Origin: Verrucomicrobiota bacterium JB022
GTDB taxonomy: Bacteria > Verrucomicrobiota > Verrucomicrobiia > Opitutales > Oceanipulchritudinaceae
Assembly (NCBI GenBank): GCA_030673845.1
Contig: JAUTCQ010000012.1
Coordinates: forward strand, 307,218-371,217
Direction of reading: 5' to 3'
DNA: 64,000 nt
Below are positions 28,301 to 36,186 of the stretch, one piece after another (position 1 is the first letter of the stretch; each line of letters begins with the position of its first letter). Below the pieces are notes generated by a model, which did not search any database, was not told where the DNA came from, and saw only the letters and a program-made list of their open reading frames with translations. The position numbers and the translations under genes were made by a program.

Positions 28301-30822
28301 AGCTGGCGCACGGCATCGCCCTGGGCGGTCTTGAGGCGGGTGGCGAGGTCGTCGCCCTTCAGCGGCTCGCCCAGCTCCTTGAGCTGCCGGATGAGGTTGC
28401 GCACCTTGTCGACCATCAGGTCGCTCGCGAAATAGCCGTTGATCTCGTTGACTTCCTTGAACTGCGCGACGCGGCTGCGGATGCCCTTGAGGATGCGCTC
28501 ACCCGCCGACATCAGCTGCCCGGCCTTCTGGTTGCGTGCTTCCTGCAGGGCCATGCGGCGCGACTGGAAGGCGTTGTAGACTTCCTCCCGCTTGGTCGTG
28601 ATCTGCTCGACGAACTCCGGGAACTCCGCGAACTGGCCCTCCAGCTCTTCGAGCTGCACCATGAGCTTGGTCAGGTATTCCTCGCAACGCTCGGGCGAGT
28701 CGACGATGTCGAGGTAGTTGATGACCGCCTGGTTGAGCAGCTTGAGCTGGGCGTTGAACTGCGCCACGCCCTCCGTCCGCATCATGTCGCGACGGCGGTT
28801 GCGCAGCTCCACCTTCAGTTGGTTCAGGTCGGCGTAGATCGCGGAAATGCGGTCGATGATGGCGGTAGCCTGGGTGGCGTCGTCGATCTTGAGGTTGTTG
28901 ACGATGTCGATCAACAGCTCTAACTGCGCCCCCGTCTCGTCGCAAGCGGCCTCGACTTCCTTGAGGATGGCGACGGTATCGGCCTCGCGCCCCGCTTTGG
29001 CATGTTCGGCCAGTGCGGCGGCATAGGGCGCAAGCGCAGCCTCGCTGAGCAGGAAAGTGACGGTCTGTTGCGCAACCCGAGCGGACAGCTCGCTAAGGGA
29101 GGTTTCGAGCTGGTCGACTGCCGGGAGATCGACGTAGCGCAGCTCCCGCAGGCCGATGATCTCGCCCCGCAACTGGCGCAGGCGGGCGAGGTGGGCCACA
29201 TAGCCGCGAATGTCATCCGGCGGCGTGCCTCCGGCCTCGGTCAGGGCCTTGCGCGTGGCCTGGCTCACGGCGTCCATGCGCGCCTGGGTGGCCTTGCGGA
29301 TGCGCTGCACCTTCTCGAACTCATCGATGGCGGCCTGCCCGGTGGCATGTACGGCGGCGAGGGTCGTTTTCAGGTCCACCGCCTCGGGTCGGTCGAGCCA
29401 GTAATGCAGGTCGATCACCTTCTGGCTGAGCCGCACAAGGTCGACGTACAGGCCTTCGTAGCTGTCTTCGCGCGCGATGAGCAACGAGATTTCGCGCAGG
29501 GCGGAGAGGCAGCGCACGATCTCGGCGTTGCCCACCTTGAAGAGGAAGTTGTCGGCTTGCCCAGCCACCACCTGCTGCTCTTTGGAGAAAGGCGTTTGCC
29601 AGATCTGCAGGGCGTGCGCCTGGGTCGGCTCTTCGTTGGCCTTGAAGTAAACCAGCTCGCCGTTGGAGAAGAGCGTGAAGCCTTGGCAGACGATGGGCGC
29701 CTCCACGCTCTGCTCGATCAAATTGTAGCGCATGAGCACATACGTGCCGCTGCGGCGCTCGTAGAACACATAGAGGTAGTCTTCGCCGTTGGGCGCCTTG
29801 ACGACGCGCTCGAAATACATCTGCTGCAGCTCGCCGGGGAAGAGCTTGTATTCGCCGTTGTGCAGGTAATAGCCGTTGGCGAAGATCACGCCCTGATCTT
29901 CCGGCAGCAGCACGCAAGACTGCTCAATGGCGTCGACCCGGCGCACCTCCTTCACCTTTTCGTTGTAGATGAAGTGGCGGGCCTGCTTCTCCTGATAAGG
30001 CTTGATCTTGAGCAGGATGAGGCTGCCGAGAATCGCGTAATGATACTCGGCGTCGTCGAGCGTCTGATCCTTTTCCTGCACGGGCTCGGCGTAGATGCCC
30101 TGCCCGTCTTCGGTGTTGTCCTCGATCTTGATCGTGAGGTCGCCCCCCACCGCTTCCACAAACAGACGGTCTTCAATCGAGATGTGGGGGTGCGGACCGC
30201 CGCGCTGCATATCGCGATGGGCGCGGGTCCACTTGAACTGGTGCTGCTCCGGGAACTGGTATTCGTGCTCGAAACGGTTGCCCTCGTAGCGCAGCACGTC
30301 ACCGTCGATCAGCCACTTGAAGACCTTGATGTCGCGCAGGTCGTCGCTGATGCGGAAGGCCATGTAGAGGAAGGCCCCAATGACCATGAACTTTACGAAG
30401 ACGGCCTTGCGGTAGTAACGGTAGAGATACGCAAAGTCGTCCTGAAACTCCTGCGAGGCCAGGATCTCCTCCAGCGGCAGCGGGTGGAAACTGCGGTCGG
30501 CCCGGTCGTAGCGGAAGGCGGCCAGCACATCCGTGGGCGTCACGGTCGAGCGCAGGCCCATCTGCACGTTGTAGCCAAAGAGGAAGCGGTCTCCCGAGAG
30601 CGACACCATGCCGCGCGCCACGCAGTTGTAATCCGTGGTGATGCGCTGTGTGGCCAGCAGCTCGGGCTCGACCACGCCAAAGACGCCTTGGCGGGCGGTA
30701 TTGAGCTGCTGGATCTTGCCCTGCAGCTCCGCGCCTTGCTGGCGCAGCCGCTGGCGGATGACCTCGTAGGCACCGCCTTCGAGCTTCGAGGCGGGCGCGG
30801 GGGTGGCGGGGACCGACGACAT
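25390..30822 (-). CDS. Giant (1810 aa) uncharacterised protein with a single C-proximal AAA+ ATPase module; third gene of the NfeD-flotillin operon
   Basis: The ORF is uninterrupted. It has a beta-rich N-terminal ~450 aa, a ~700 aa helical/coiled-coil middle, and an AAA+ core at ~aa 1280 (Walker A 'ISPPGYGKTT', DNA ~26953-26979; Walker B 'VMIYLDD'; sensor-1 'VVMAGNPY'). The C-terminal tail is Q/A/L-rich and low-complexity. It has no signal peptide and I recognise no protease or nuclease motif. It lies 104 nt downstream of flotillin on the same strand. Confidence 0.8.
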   Translation of the reverse strand: MSSVPATPAPASKLEGGAYEVIRQRLRQQGAELQGKIQQLNTARQGVFGVVEPELLATQRITTDYNCVARGMVSLSGDRFLFGYNVQMGLRSTVTPTDVLAAFRYDRADRSFHPLPLEEILASQEFQDDFAYLYRYYRKAVFVKFMVIGAFLYMAFRISDDLRDIKVFKWLIDGDVLRYEGNRFEHEYQFPEQHQFKWTRAHRDMQRGGPHPHISIEDRLFVEAVGGDLTIKIEDNTEDGQGIYAEPVQEKDQTLDDAEYHYAILGSLILLKIKPYQEKQARHFIYNEKVKEVRRVDAIEQSCVLLPEDQGVIFANGYYLHNGEYKLFPGELQQMYFERVVKAPNGEDYLYVFYERRSGTYVLMRYNLIEQSVEAPIVCQGFTLFSNGELVYFKANEEPTQAHALQIWQTPFSKEQQVVAGQADNFLFKVGNAEIVRCLSALREISLLIAREDSYEGLYVDLVRLSQKVIDLHYWLDRPEAVDLKTTLAAVHATGQAAIDEFEKVQRIRKATQARMDAVSQATRKALTEAGGTPPDDIRGYVAHLARLRQLRGEIIGLRELRYVDLPAVDQLETSLSELSARVAQQTVTFLLSEAALAPYAAALAEHAKAGREADTVAILKEVEAACDETGAQLELLIDIVNNLKIDDATQATAIIDRISAIYADLNQLKVELRNRRRDMMRTEGVAQFNAQLKLLNQAVINYLDIVDSPERCEEYLTKLMVQLEELEGQFAEFPEFVEQITTKREEVYNAFQSRRMALQEARNQKAGQLMSAGERILKGIRSRVAQFKEVNEINGYFASDLMVDKVRNLIRQLKELGEPLKGDDLATRLKTAQGDAVRQLKDRQELFVDGTNLLQFGRHKFTVNQQELNLTTVRREGDFYYHLTGTQFFQRIVDEELNALRPVWDMELPSESDTVYRAEFLAYAALQALEQGGDGLDLPGYLAATPEARLAWIQRFMGPRYREGYSKGLHDLDARLLLDALVEIHAVVGLLRYDTATRACALVFWEQYAGSEQRQLLSQRLDSFATMRRLFPQHQTQAGYIREIERAVEEFCERTALFPAALAPEAARYLFTELVTPDSLTVSREAAQLAERFRVELVAQRYLNAFEEARERMKGQPAAEFEVIRDWLLGYGLAQGLNERELEYVDETAAHLLRGGIQPSQVVEVPLERDLEGLRGDHPVLGEGRRYHLHYNHFLRKLRRFEGDTMPQWLAFDRRKHELVETLRVKLRLDEFKPQVMSAFVRNRLLDEVFLPLIGDNLAKQIGTAGENTRTDRMGMLLLISPPGYGKTTLMEYVANRLGITFVKVNGPAIGHDVTSLDPSEARNASAREEVNKLNLAFEMGDNVMIYLDDIQHTNPELLQKFISLCDGQRKIEGVYNGVARTYDLRGKKVAVVMAGNPYTETGGRFQIPDMLANRADTYNLGDMVQQNRTAFEASYLENCLTSNPALSTLAGKAREDVYAVMRIAETGSHEGVDFVGNYSMEEVNEMVTVTRHLMRVRDTVLRVNLEYIRSAATADNYRTEPPFKLQGSYRNMNRMAEKVLPLMTPGEVDALVLQHYVGEAQTLTTGAESNLLKFREMEGLLTEQEQARWALVKERYVRNSVMGAKDQDPVDRVVGAVHDLTQGVGKISSQLETAVGQQGQPVMLDPAFRAEVSTHLAQFGQGQAQVAQLLERPLPPLALTPDSLGALRQDLTTLTQSLAALQGQVGRSLAPLAEAAQRPATPATLHLPPEFSASLGQLAETVVEPLRRLDAQLQHLTPSAAPENTALTHHIELSDDIKWQLRTLLRAFNRLFLRIGLDPLPESQAHDD

Positions 30823-30926
30823 AGGGGAATCGATGGGAACGAATGCGAACGCAAGTAACGAAGAGAGAGAAGGGACGCGCCCGGCGGCGCATCCACTTCA
30901 GCCCCTTCCTCTGGCCCGGCTCGGGC

Positions 30927-33074
30927 TTAGTTCTTTTGCGTCAACGTGGGGTTGAGGGCCAGCAGATCGCGCACAAACATCTGGCCGTAAGGCGACTTGT
31001 CGGCGATGCCGATATACTCCTGGATCTTGGCCAGCAGGCTCTGGTCGTTGCCTGCGAGGCCGGCCAGCTTGGCCAAGAGGGCGCTCAGCGTGAGGTTGCG
31101 GACGTCTTCGGTGCGCAGGCCCAGCTTGTTGACCCATTGGGTGACGTTGGCGCGGAACTGCTCCGGCCCGCCGTCGAAGAAGGTCTCCTTGACGTCGAGC
31201 AGGTGCTCGGAGCTGTTGATCGTGCGGTCGACCGACTTGCCGCGCGTGACGGCGCCGACGATGCGGTCGTAGAAGTCGGTGCTGCCGCCCACGATGTCGA
31301 CGCGGGTGTTCTTGAGCGCCTCGGCCAAAACGGCGGCCTGGTGCTCGGCAATGCGTTCGTTGACTTCGATGGAAGCCAGCTCGATCTCCTTGTCCTTCTG
31401 CAGGCGCAGCTTGAACTCTTCGTGTTCGCGGCCCACGCCGTCGAAGATCTTCATCGCCTCGGCCTTTTCCTTGATACCGGTGGCATCGGCGAGGTAGCGC
31501 AGCTCGTCGCTCTTGGCGAGCGATTCGCCTTCCTTCAGCTTGGCGGCGGCCATGGCTTCGAGCACTTGGGCTTCGCCCAGGCCAGCGGCGGCGGTCTCGG
31601 CCGTCTTGGCGGAGGCGAGGTTTTTCTTGGCTTCGGCGGTGCGCTGGCTGGCGCTTTCTTCGGCTTCGGCGGTCACGACGAGCTCCTGCGCCTTCAGCTC
31701 GGCCGAGCGCTTGCTGGCCTCGGCGGCACGGACTTGGGTGAGGAAGAGCTCTTCGGCCTTCATCACTTCGGCGTCCTTGCTCGCTTCGGCGGCCTTGAGC
31801 TGGGCGATGAGCTTTTCCTGCGCTTCCTGCTCGGCCTTGGTGATGGCGACTTGCTTGGCGCGGTCGGCCCCGGCAAAGGCTTCGGTGTCCTTGATCTTTT
31901 CCTGCTCGATCACGACGGTCTTCTCGACCATCACGCGGTCCTTGATCACCTCCTGGATGTTGCGCTTTTCGACTTCCACGGCTTTTTCGCGCTCGATGTC
32001 GGCCAGTTGGGTCACTTTCTGGCGCTCGACCACTTCCAGATCGCGGTCGCGCTGGACGCGCTCGGTCTCAATGGCATCGGTACGCTGCTTGTTCTTTTGC
32101 GCGATGATGATCTGGCGATCCTTGTTCTCGGTCGCGATGGCCAACTCTTCCTCGGTGGCGATGCGGGCCTGCTCGTGGCGGAGGCGCTGCTCTTCGGCCA
32201 CGCGCTTCGATTCGGCCTCTTCGCGGCTGCGGATGACGGAGATTTCGCGCTTCTGCTTTTCCTCGGCTTCGGCTTGTTGCTTCTCCAGCTCAAGCACGGC
32301 TTCGCGCGCCTCAACGTTTTGCTTGGTGATGGTCTTGACGCGGTCCTGATCGATCTGGTTGGCGAGGATCTTTTCGCGCGAGGTGCGGTCGGTGATCTTC
32401 TTGATGCCTTCGGCGTCGAGGATGTTGTTGGGGTTGAGGTGTTCGAGCCCCGTCTGCTCCAGATAGTCGATGGCGGCGTCTTCGAGCACGTAGCCGTTCA
32501 AGTCCGTCCCGATCACCTTGATGATCTCATCGCGGAACTTGTTACGCTCGGTGTAAAGCTCTTCGAAGTGGAACTGCTTGCCCACCGTCTTGAGTGCCTC
32601 GGAGAACTTGGCGTCGAAGAGCTCGCGGATGCCTTCGATACTGCTGGCGCGTTCGCAACCGATGGAGGTGGCGACGTTCTTTACATCGGCCTCGTTATCG
32701 TTGATGCGCACGAAGAAATCGACCGCGATGTCGGCCCGCATGTTGTCCTTGCAGATGAGGCCTTCCGAACCGCGGCGCTCGACCGTGACCCGGCGCACCG
32801 TGATGTCCATCTTCTCCAGCTTGTGGACGACGGGCAGCACGATCATGCCGGTAAACGAGACCTTGGTGCCGCCCGCGCCGTTGCGGATCAGCGCCTTGCC
32901 CTGCTCCACCTTCTGGTAGGCGGAGGTGACGAAAAAGACGACGGCCACCAGGATAAAGAGCAGGATCCCGATGGTAATGAGGGTCAGGTCGCCAAGGATA
33001 CCACCGCCTCGGCTGGCAGTGGCTTCGGCATCGGCAGCGGCTTGCGCGAGGATAGGAAGCAGGACAGGGTGCAT
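30927..33074 (-). CDS. Flotillin-family SPFH protein (YqiK/FloT-like)
   Basis: N-terminal TM (ITIGILLFILVAVVFFV) and an SPFH core. A long E/A/K-rich coiled coil with 'AEAEEKQ…' repeats follows, then a flotillin-type C-terminus. It lies 34 nt downstream of the NfeD-like gene. Confidence 0.85.
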   Translation of the reverse strand: MHPVLLPILAQAAADAEATASRGGGILGDLTLITIGILLFILVAVVFFVTSAYQKVEQGKALIRNGAGGTKVSFTGMIVLPVVHKLEKMDITVRRVTVERRGSEGLICKDNMRADIAVDFFVRINDNEADVKNVATSIGCERASSIEGIRELFDAKFSEALKTVGKQFHFEELYTERNKFRDEIIKVIGTDLNGYVLEDAAIDYLEQTGLEHLNPNNILDAEGIKKITDRTSREKILANQIDQDRVKTITKQNVEAREAVLELEKQQAEAEEKQKREISVIRSREEAESKRVAEEQRLRHEQARIATEEELAIATENKDRQIIIAQKNKQRTDAIETERVQRDRDLEVVERQKVTQLADIEREKAVEVEKRNIQEVIKDRVMVEKTVVIEQEKIKDTEAFAGADRAKQVAITKAEQEAQEKLIAQLKAAEASKDAEVMKAEELFLTQVRAAEASKRSAELKAQELVVTAEAEESASQRTAEAKKNLASAKTAETAAAGLGEAQVLEAMAAAKLKEGESLAKSDELRYLADATGIKEKAEAMKIFDGVGREHEEFKLRLQKDKEIELASIEVNERIAEHQAAVLAEALKNTRVDIVGGSTDFYDRIVGAVTRGKSVDRTINSSEHLLDVKETFFDGGPEQFRANVTQWVNKLGLRTEDVRNLTLSALLAKLAGLAGNDQSLLAKIQEYIGIADKSPYGQMFVRDLLALNPTLTQKN

Positions 33075-33108
33075 GGTTTGGATAAGTTGGAAGTCTTGAA
33101 ATTTATGG

Positions 33109-33768
33109 TTAGGAACGAAGCTGTTCGTCGAGCGTTTCTTTGGGGAAGTAGCCTTCCCAGGGTTGGACGTAGTAGAGCAGGCGCTTGTCGTCGCCCTCGA
33201 TGATGAGCGCCTCGTCGCCGCGCTTCAGCGGTGCGCTGCCGGGCACGAGGCGGATCTGCAGGATCTTTTCCCGCCCGTCCCACTTCACGAGGCCTTGGCC
33301 GAAGCTGTCGGTGACTTCCCCGGTGCGCACGGTGCAGATCTTGCCGACCATCGGCTCGTGGACCGTGCCCTCGATCGCCAGTTGGCGCAGCCACGGGCGC
33401 AAGGGGCGCATGGCGGCCTTGGTGAGGAAGAGGCTTACCAGCACGCTGCCGCCCATGTAGACGAAGCCCATTACCAGCCCCAACGCGTGATTGAAGTAAT
33501 AGTTCGTCAGCATGGAGAGGAACCATGCGAAGGTGATGCAGATGCTGCCAAAGAGACTCAGCGGGACTACGTCGAGGTCGAAATACTTGTAGAGGGTCTT
33601 GAAAAAGCCGCCCCCCAGGCTGATGTCGGCATCCACGTCGCCCCCAAAGTCGAGGTCGAAATCGAAGATCCCGAGCAGCGTCACGAGCCAATACAGCAGC
33701 ACGAGCCCCAACAGGATCGTCAGGGGCAGGTTATACCAGGCAAGGGCTTCTCGGATGATTTCGGGCAT
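33109..33768 (-). CDS. NfeD/YqiJ-like membrane protein with C-terminal OB-fold
   Basis: 219 aa. It has three or four TM helices followed by a short beta-rich soluble domain ('GKICTVRTGEVTDSFGQGLVKWDGREKILQIRLVPGSAPLKRGDEALIIEG'). This arrangement and the position immediately upstream of flotillin are typical of the YqiJ/NfeD–YqiK module. Confidence 0.7.
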   Translation of the reverse strand: MPEIIREALAWYNLPLTILLGLVLLYWLVTLLGIFDFDLDFGGDVDADISLGGGFFKTLYKYFDLDVVPLSLFGSICITFAWFLSMLTNYYFNHALGLVMGFVYMGGSVLVSLFLTKAAMRPLRPWLRQLAIEGTVHEPMVGKICTVRTGEVTDSFGQGLVKWDGREKILQIRLVPGSAPLKRGDEALIIEGDDKRLLYYVQPWEGYFPKETLDEQLRS

Positions 33769-33942
33769 CGTCAGGACAGGTTGGATTATAGGATCGGCAG
33801 CGAGATCGGGCCATTATAAAAACCCTCACGGATTGGAAGGCAGGCCCCCAAACTGTCCCTTCCACCGGCGGAAGACCAGCGCAGAATCGCGCTGCGTGCC
33901 TGCATCGCGGGATGTCTCCAGTGCGGGAGCGGTTCTGGACGC

Positions 33943-33975
33943 AAAAAAGGCACCGGCAGATAAACTGCAGGTGCC
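33943..33975 (-). terminator. Rho-independent terminator for the CBM/beta-helix gene (GGCACC…GGTGCC stem with U-tract on minus strand)
   Basis: The + strand reads AAAAAA-GGCACCGGCAG-ataaa-CTGCAGGTGCC. On the minus-strand transcript the hairpin is followed by UUUUUU. It lies about 50 nt downstream of the stop at 34025. Confidence 0.7.
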
Positions 33976-34024
33976 GTTGGCGATGGTCGTGCGGACCGTT
34001 TGGGGTGTCGCTCCGAAGGCCGGA

Positions 34025-36103
34025 TCAGGGAACCCAGACGGGAGGGTTGGCGCCCCCGCTGAGGTTTTGATTGTTGGAGGCGTTGAGCGTCACTTGCCCT
34101 TGGGCACCGACATAGATCGTGCTGCCCACCTGATTGTCTTCCACCACGGCGGTCACGTTGGGCTGCGGATGGTAGATGTCGATCCCGGCGGCACCACAGC
34201 CGAGGATGTAGTTGTCGCGGACGTTGATGGTTTGCCCGGCGGTGAGCACGCGGCGATACATGATACCGGTCTTGGTGCTCCGGCCCGTGGTGTTGGTCCA
34301 GGTAATGCGGTTGTTCTCGATCGTCGTATCACCGGCGGCGACCTTGACGTTGATCGCGGTAGCCGGATCTGTCATCGCGAGGGTGAAGTTCAGCTCGTTG
34401 CCGGTAATCGTGGGGCCGGGGACGGAGGTGCCCATGCCGCGGTGCGAAATGTCGATCACCGCGTTGGTGAACGTGTTGTTGCGAATGGTAATATTGCCCG
34501 GGCCCTTGAAATCGTCGACCGACGAGAGACCGGCGTAGCTGATGAAGACGTTGTCTTCGAGCACCACGTCCTGCACATTGCTCGCGACGTAAGAGCTGTT
34601 ATACATGCGGTAGAGCGGGTAGCCCTCGATATTGCTCGTCACGAGGTTGCGGCGGAAGACCATGTTCTTCGTGCCGTAGAAGTTGGCGATGGCGCCGTTG
34701 AGGCCGTCACTCGCGATGTTGTCTTGCGCCACGCTGTCGAAGCAGCCTTCGAAATCGAGCGAGATGTCGTCGGAGCGGTGGGTGTTGTTGAACTCGGCCG
34801 TGATATACTGGCCCATGCTGATGAAGATGCCGGCATTGACCATGTCGTTGGCGACGTTGCCGGCGATGTAGAATCGGCGGGCCCAACGCGGATTCGTCAT
34901 CGCGCCGTTGTTGTTCGGGCCGGTGCCGAAGGAAGCGTTGCCACCCCACACCCCGATGCCGGTGCCGTAGAAGCTCAGGTTGTTCTTGTAGATCTCACTG
35001 TCGATCGTATAGCGGAAGCGGATGCAGGCCTGCTCTTCCACGATGCCATTGACGTTCGGCCCGATCCCAGTGCAAAAGGCGACCCGGATGTTGGCCGAGA
35101 GCTGGTCTTCGGACGTGATGTCGGCATAGGTCGACTTGTGGGTGGTGACGAAGATCAGGTTACCCGGGTCGGCCGTGCAGTGGCGCATGAGGACGTTTTT
35201 GGCCGTCTTGTAGTGCGCAATGTATTTGGAGGGGTTGTAAGACGAGGGGATCACGCCACCGATGACCTTGAAGGCCGTGTACTCGTTGTCGCCCATAAAG
35301 GTGGTGTCGTTGCCAAACGCGCGGAAAATGCTGTTGCCGTCGGCCACCTGGTTGAAGATTGTGCTGTCGCCCGCGCCCTGGATAATGGCCCCTTTGGGCA
35401 TCGTGATGATGCCGCTCACGCGGTAGGTACCGGGCGGGAAGTAGAGGAACTTGTGCGTATTGAGGGCCGCGCCGATGGCGGTGGTGACATCGGTATTGTT
35501 GCCGGGAATACCGAGGGTGCTGACGTCCTTGCGCTGGTATTCCGTCAGGTAGACATCGTCGATCCAGAGCGAGCCGGTGGTCGAGTGGAGCGTGACGCCC
35601 ACCACGAGCGAAGTCTGGTCGGCGGTGAAGGAGCACTCGAACAGCTGCCAATCGAAGTTGCCCGTCGGCAGGGCCGTGGTGGCCTGCGAAGCCCCTTGGA
35701 TCACGAAGTTGGTGCCCGCACCCACAGACTGGCCCTTGGCCCAGACGTAGGCGTAATAAGTCTTGCCGACCGTGAGGCCGGAGACGGTCTGCTTGACTTG
35801 CTTGTAGACGCCCGGCTGCTGGGAGCCGGTGTAGGTCATCTTGACGCTTTGCTCTTCCCAGTGGAACTGGGTGGCGTCGGTCGCCACGGTGGCAGTGGGA
35901 GCCCCGGCCTGCCCGATGACCCAGTTATTGCTGCCGCCGAGCGGCGCTTCGAAGCTACTGTTCTGGAGCAGGTTCTGCGCGTGAGAGACCACCGGGGCCA
36001 GCCCGAGGGCGGAAGCCAGGCAGAGGGCAAAGGTGCGTAGAGGTGAAACACGTGGGCGGTGAGAGACAGGCCGCACGGATTGAGGTTTTGTGGGTAGGTT
36101 CAT
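34025..36103 (-). CDS. Secreted carbohydrate-active protein: N-terminal CBM4/9-like module plus right-handed beta-helix (Pectate_lyase_3 / GH28-related) domain
   Basis: The signal peptide (…LRTFALCLASALGLAPVVSHA) is followed by 'QNLLQNSSFE…W' (CBM_4_9-like). The beta-helix region has 'TDVTTAIGAALNTHKFLYFPPGTYRVSG' and many Asn-rich coils. The longest ORF would start 11 codons upstream at 36136. Confidence 0.65.
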   Translation of the reverse strand: MNLPTKPQSVRPVSHRPRVSPLRTFALCLASALGLAPVVSHAQNLLQNSSFEAPLGGSNNWVIGQAGAPTATVATDATQFHWEEQSVKMTYTGSQQPGVYKQVKQTVSGLTVGKTYYAYVWAKGQSVGAGTNFVIQGASQATTALPTGNFDWQLFECSFTADQTSLVVGVTLHSTTGSLWIDDVYLTEYQRKDVSTLGIPGNNTDVTTAIGAALNTHKFLYFPPGTYRVSGIITMPKGAIIQGAGDSTIFNQVADGNSIFRAFGNDTTFMGDNEYTAFKVIGGVIPSSYNPSKYIAHYKTAKNVLMRHCTADPGNLIFVTTHKSTYADITSEDQLSANIRVAFCTGIGPNVNGIVEEQACIRFRYTIDSEIYKNNLSFYGTGIGVWGGNASFGTGPNNNGAMTNPRWARRFYIAGNVANDMVNAGIFISMGQYITAEFNNTHRSDDISLDFEGCFDSVAQDNIASDGLNGAIANFYGTKNMVFRRNLVTSNIEGYPLYRMYNSSYVASNVQDVVLEDNVFISYAGLSSVDDFKGPGNITIRNNTFTNAVIDISHRGMGTSVPGPTITGNELNFTLAMTDPATAINVKVAAGDTTIENNRITWTNTTGRSTKTGIMYRRVLTAGQTINVRDNYILGCGAAGIDIYHPQPNVTAVVEDNQVGSTIYVGAQGQVTLNASNNQNLSGGANPPVWVP

Positions 36104-36186
36104 GTTTTTCGGGGGGTATAAGAAGTGGTGAGACATTCGGCCTCACCAACGAGAAAATGCGTCCGCAGCCTGGGCGGAAAAGGGGC

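Noticed and set aside
25951-33203. Series of long + strand ORFs (25951-28923, 29002-30858, 30843-33203) opposite the giant protein/flotillin operon
   Set aside because: Their translations are G/A/L/V/R-rich and low complexity, and they overlap genes with strong family evidence on the minus strand. They are shadow ORFs.
33599-36040. 813-aa + strand ORF spanning the nfeD-like/beta-helix region
   Set aside because: It crosses an intergenic terminator and is antisense to two supported genes. Its composition is typical of GC-rich noise.
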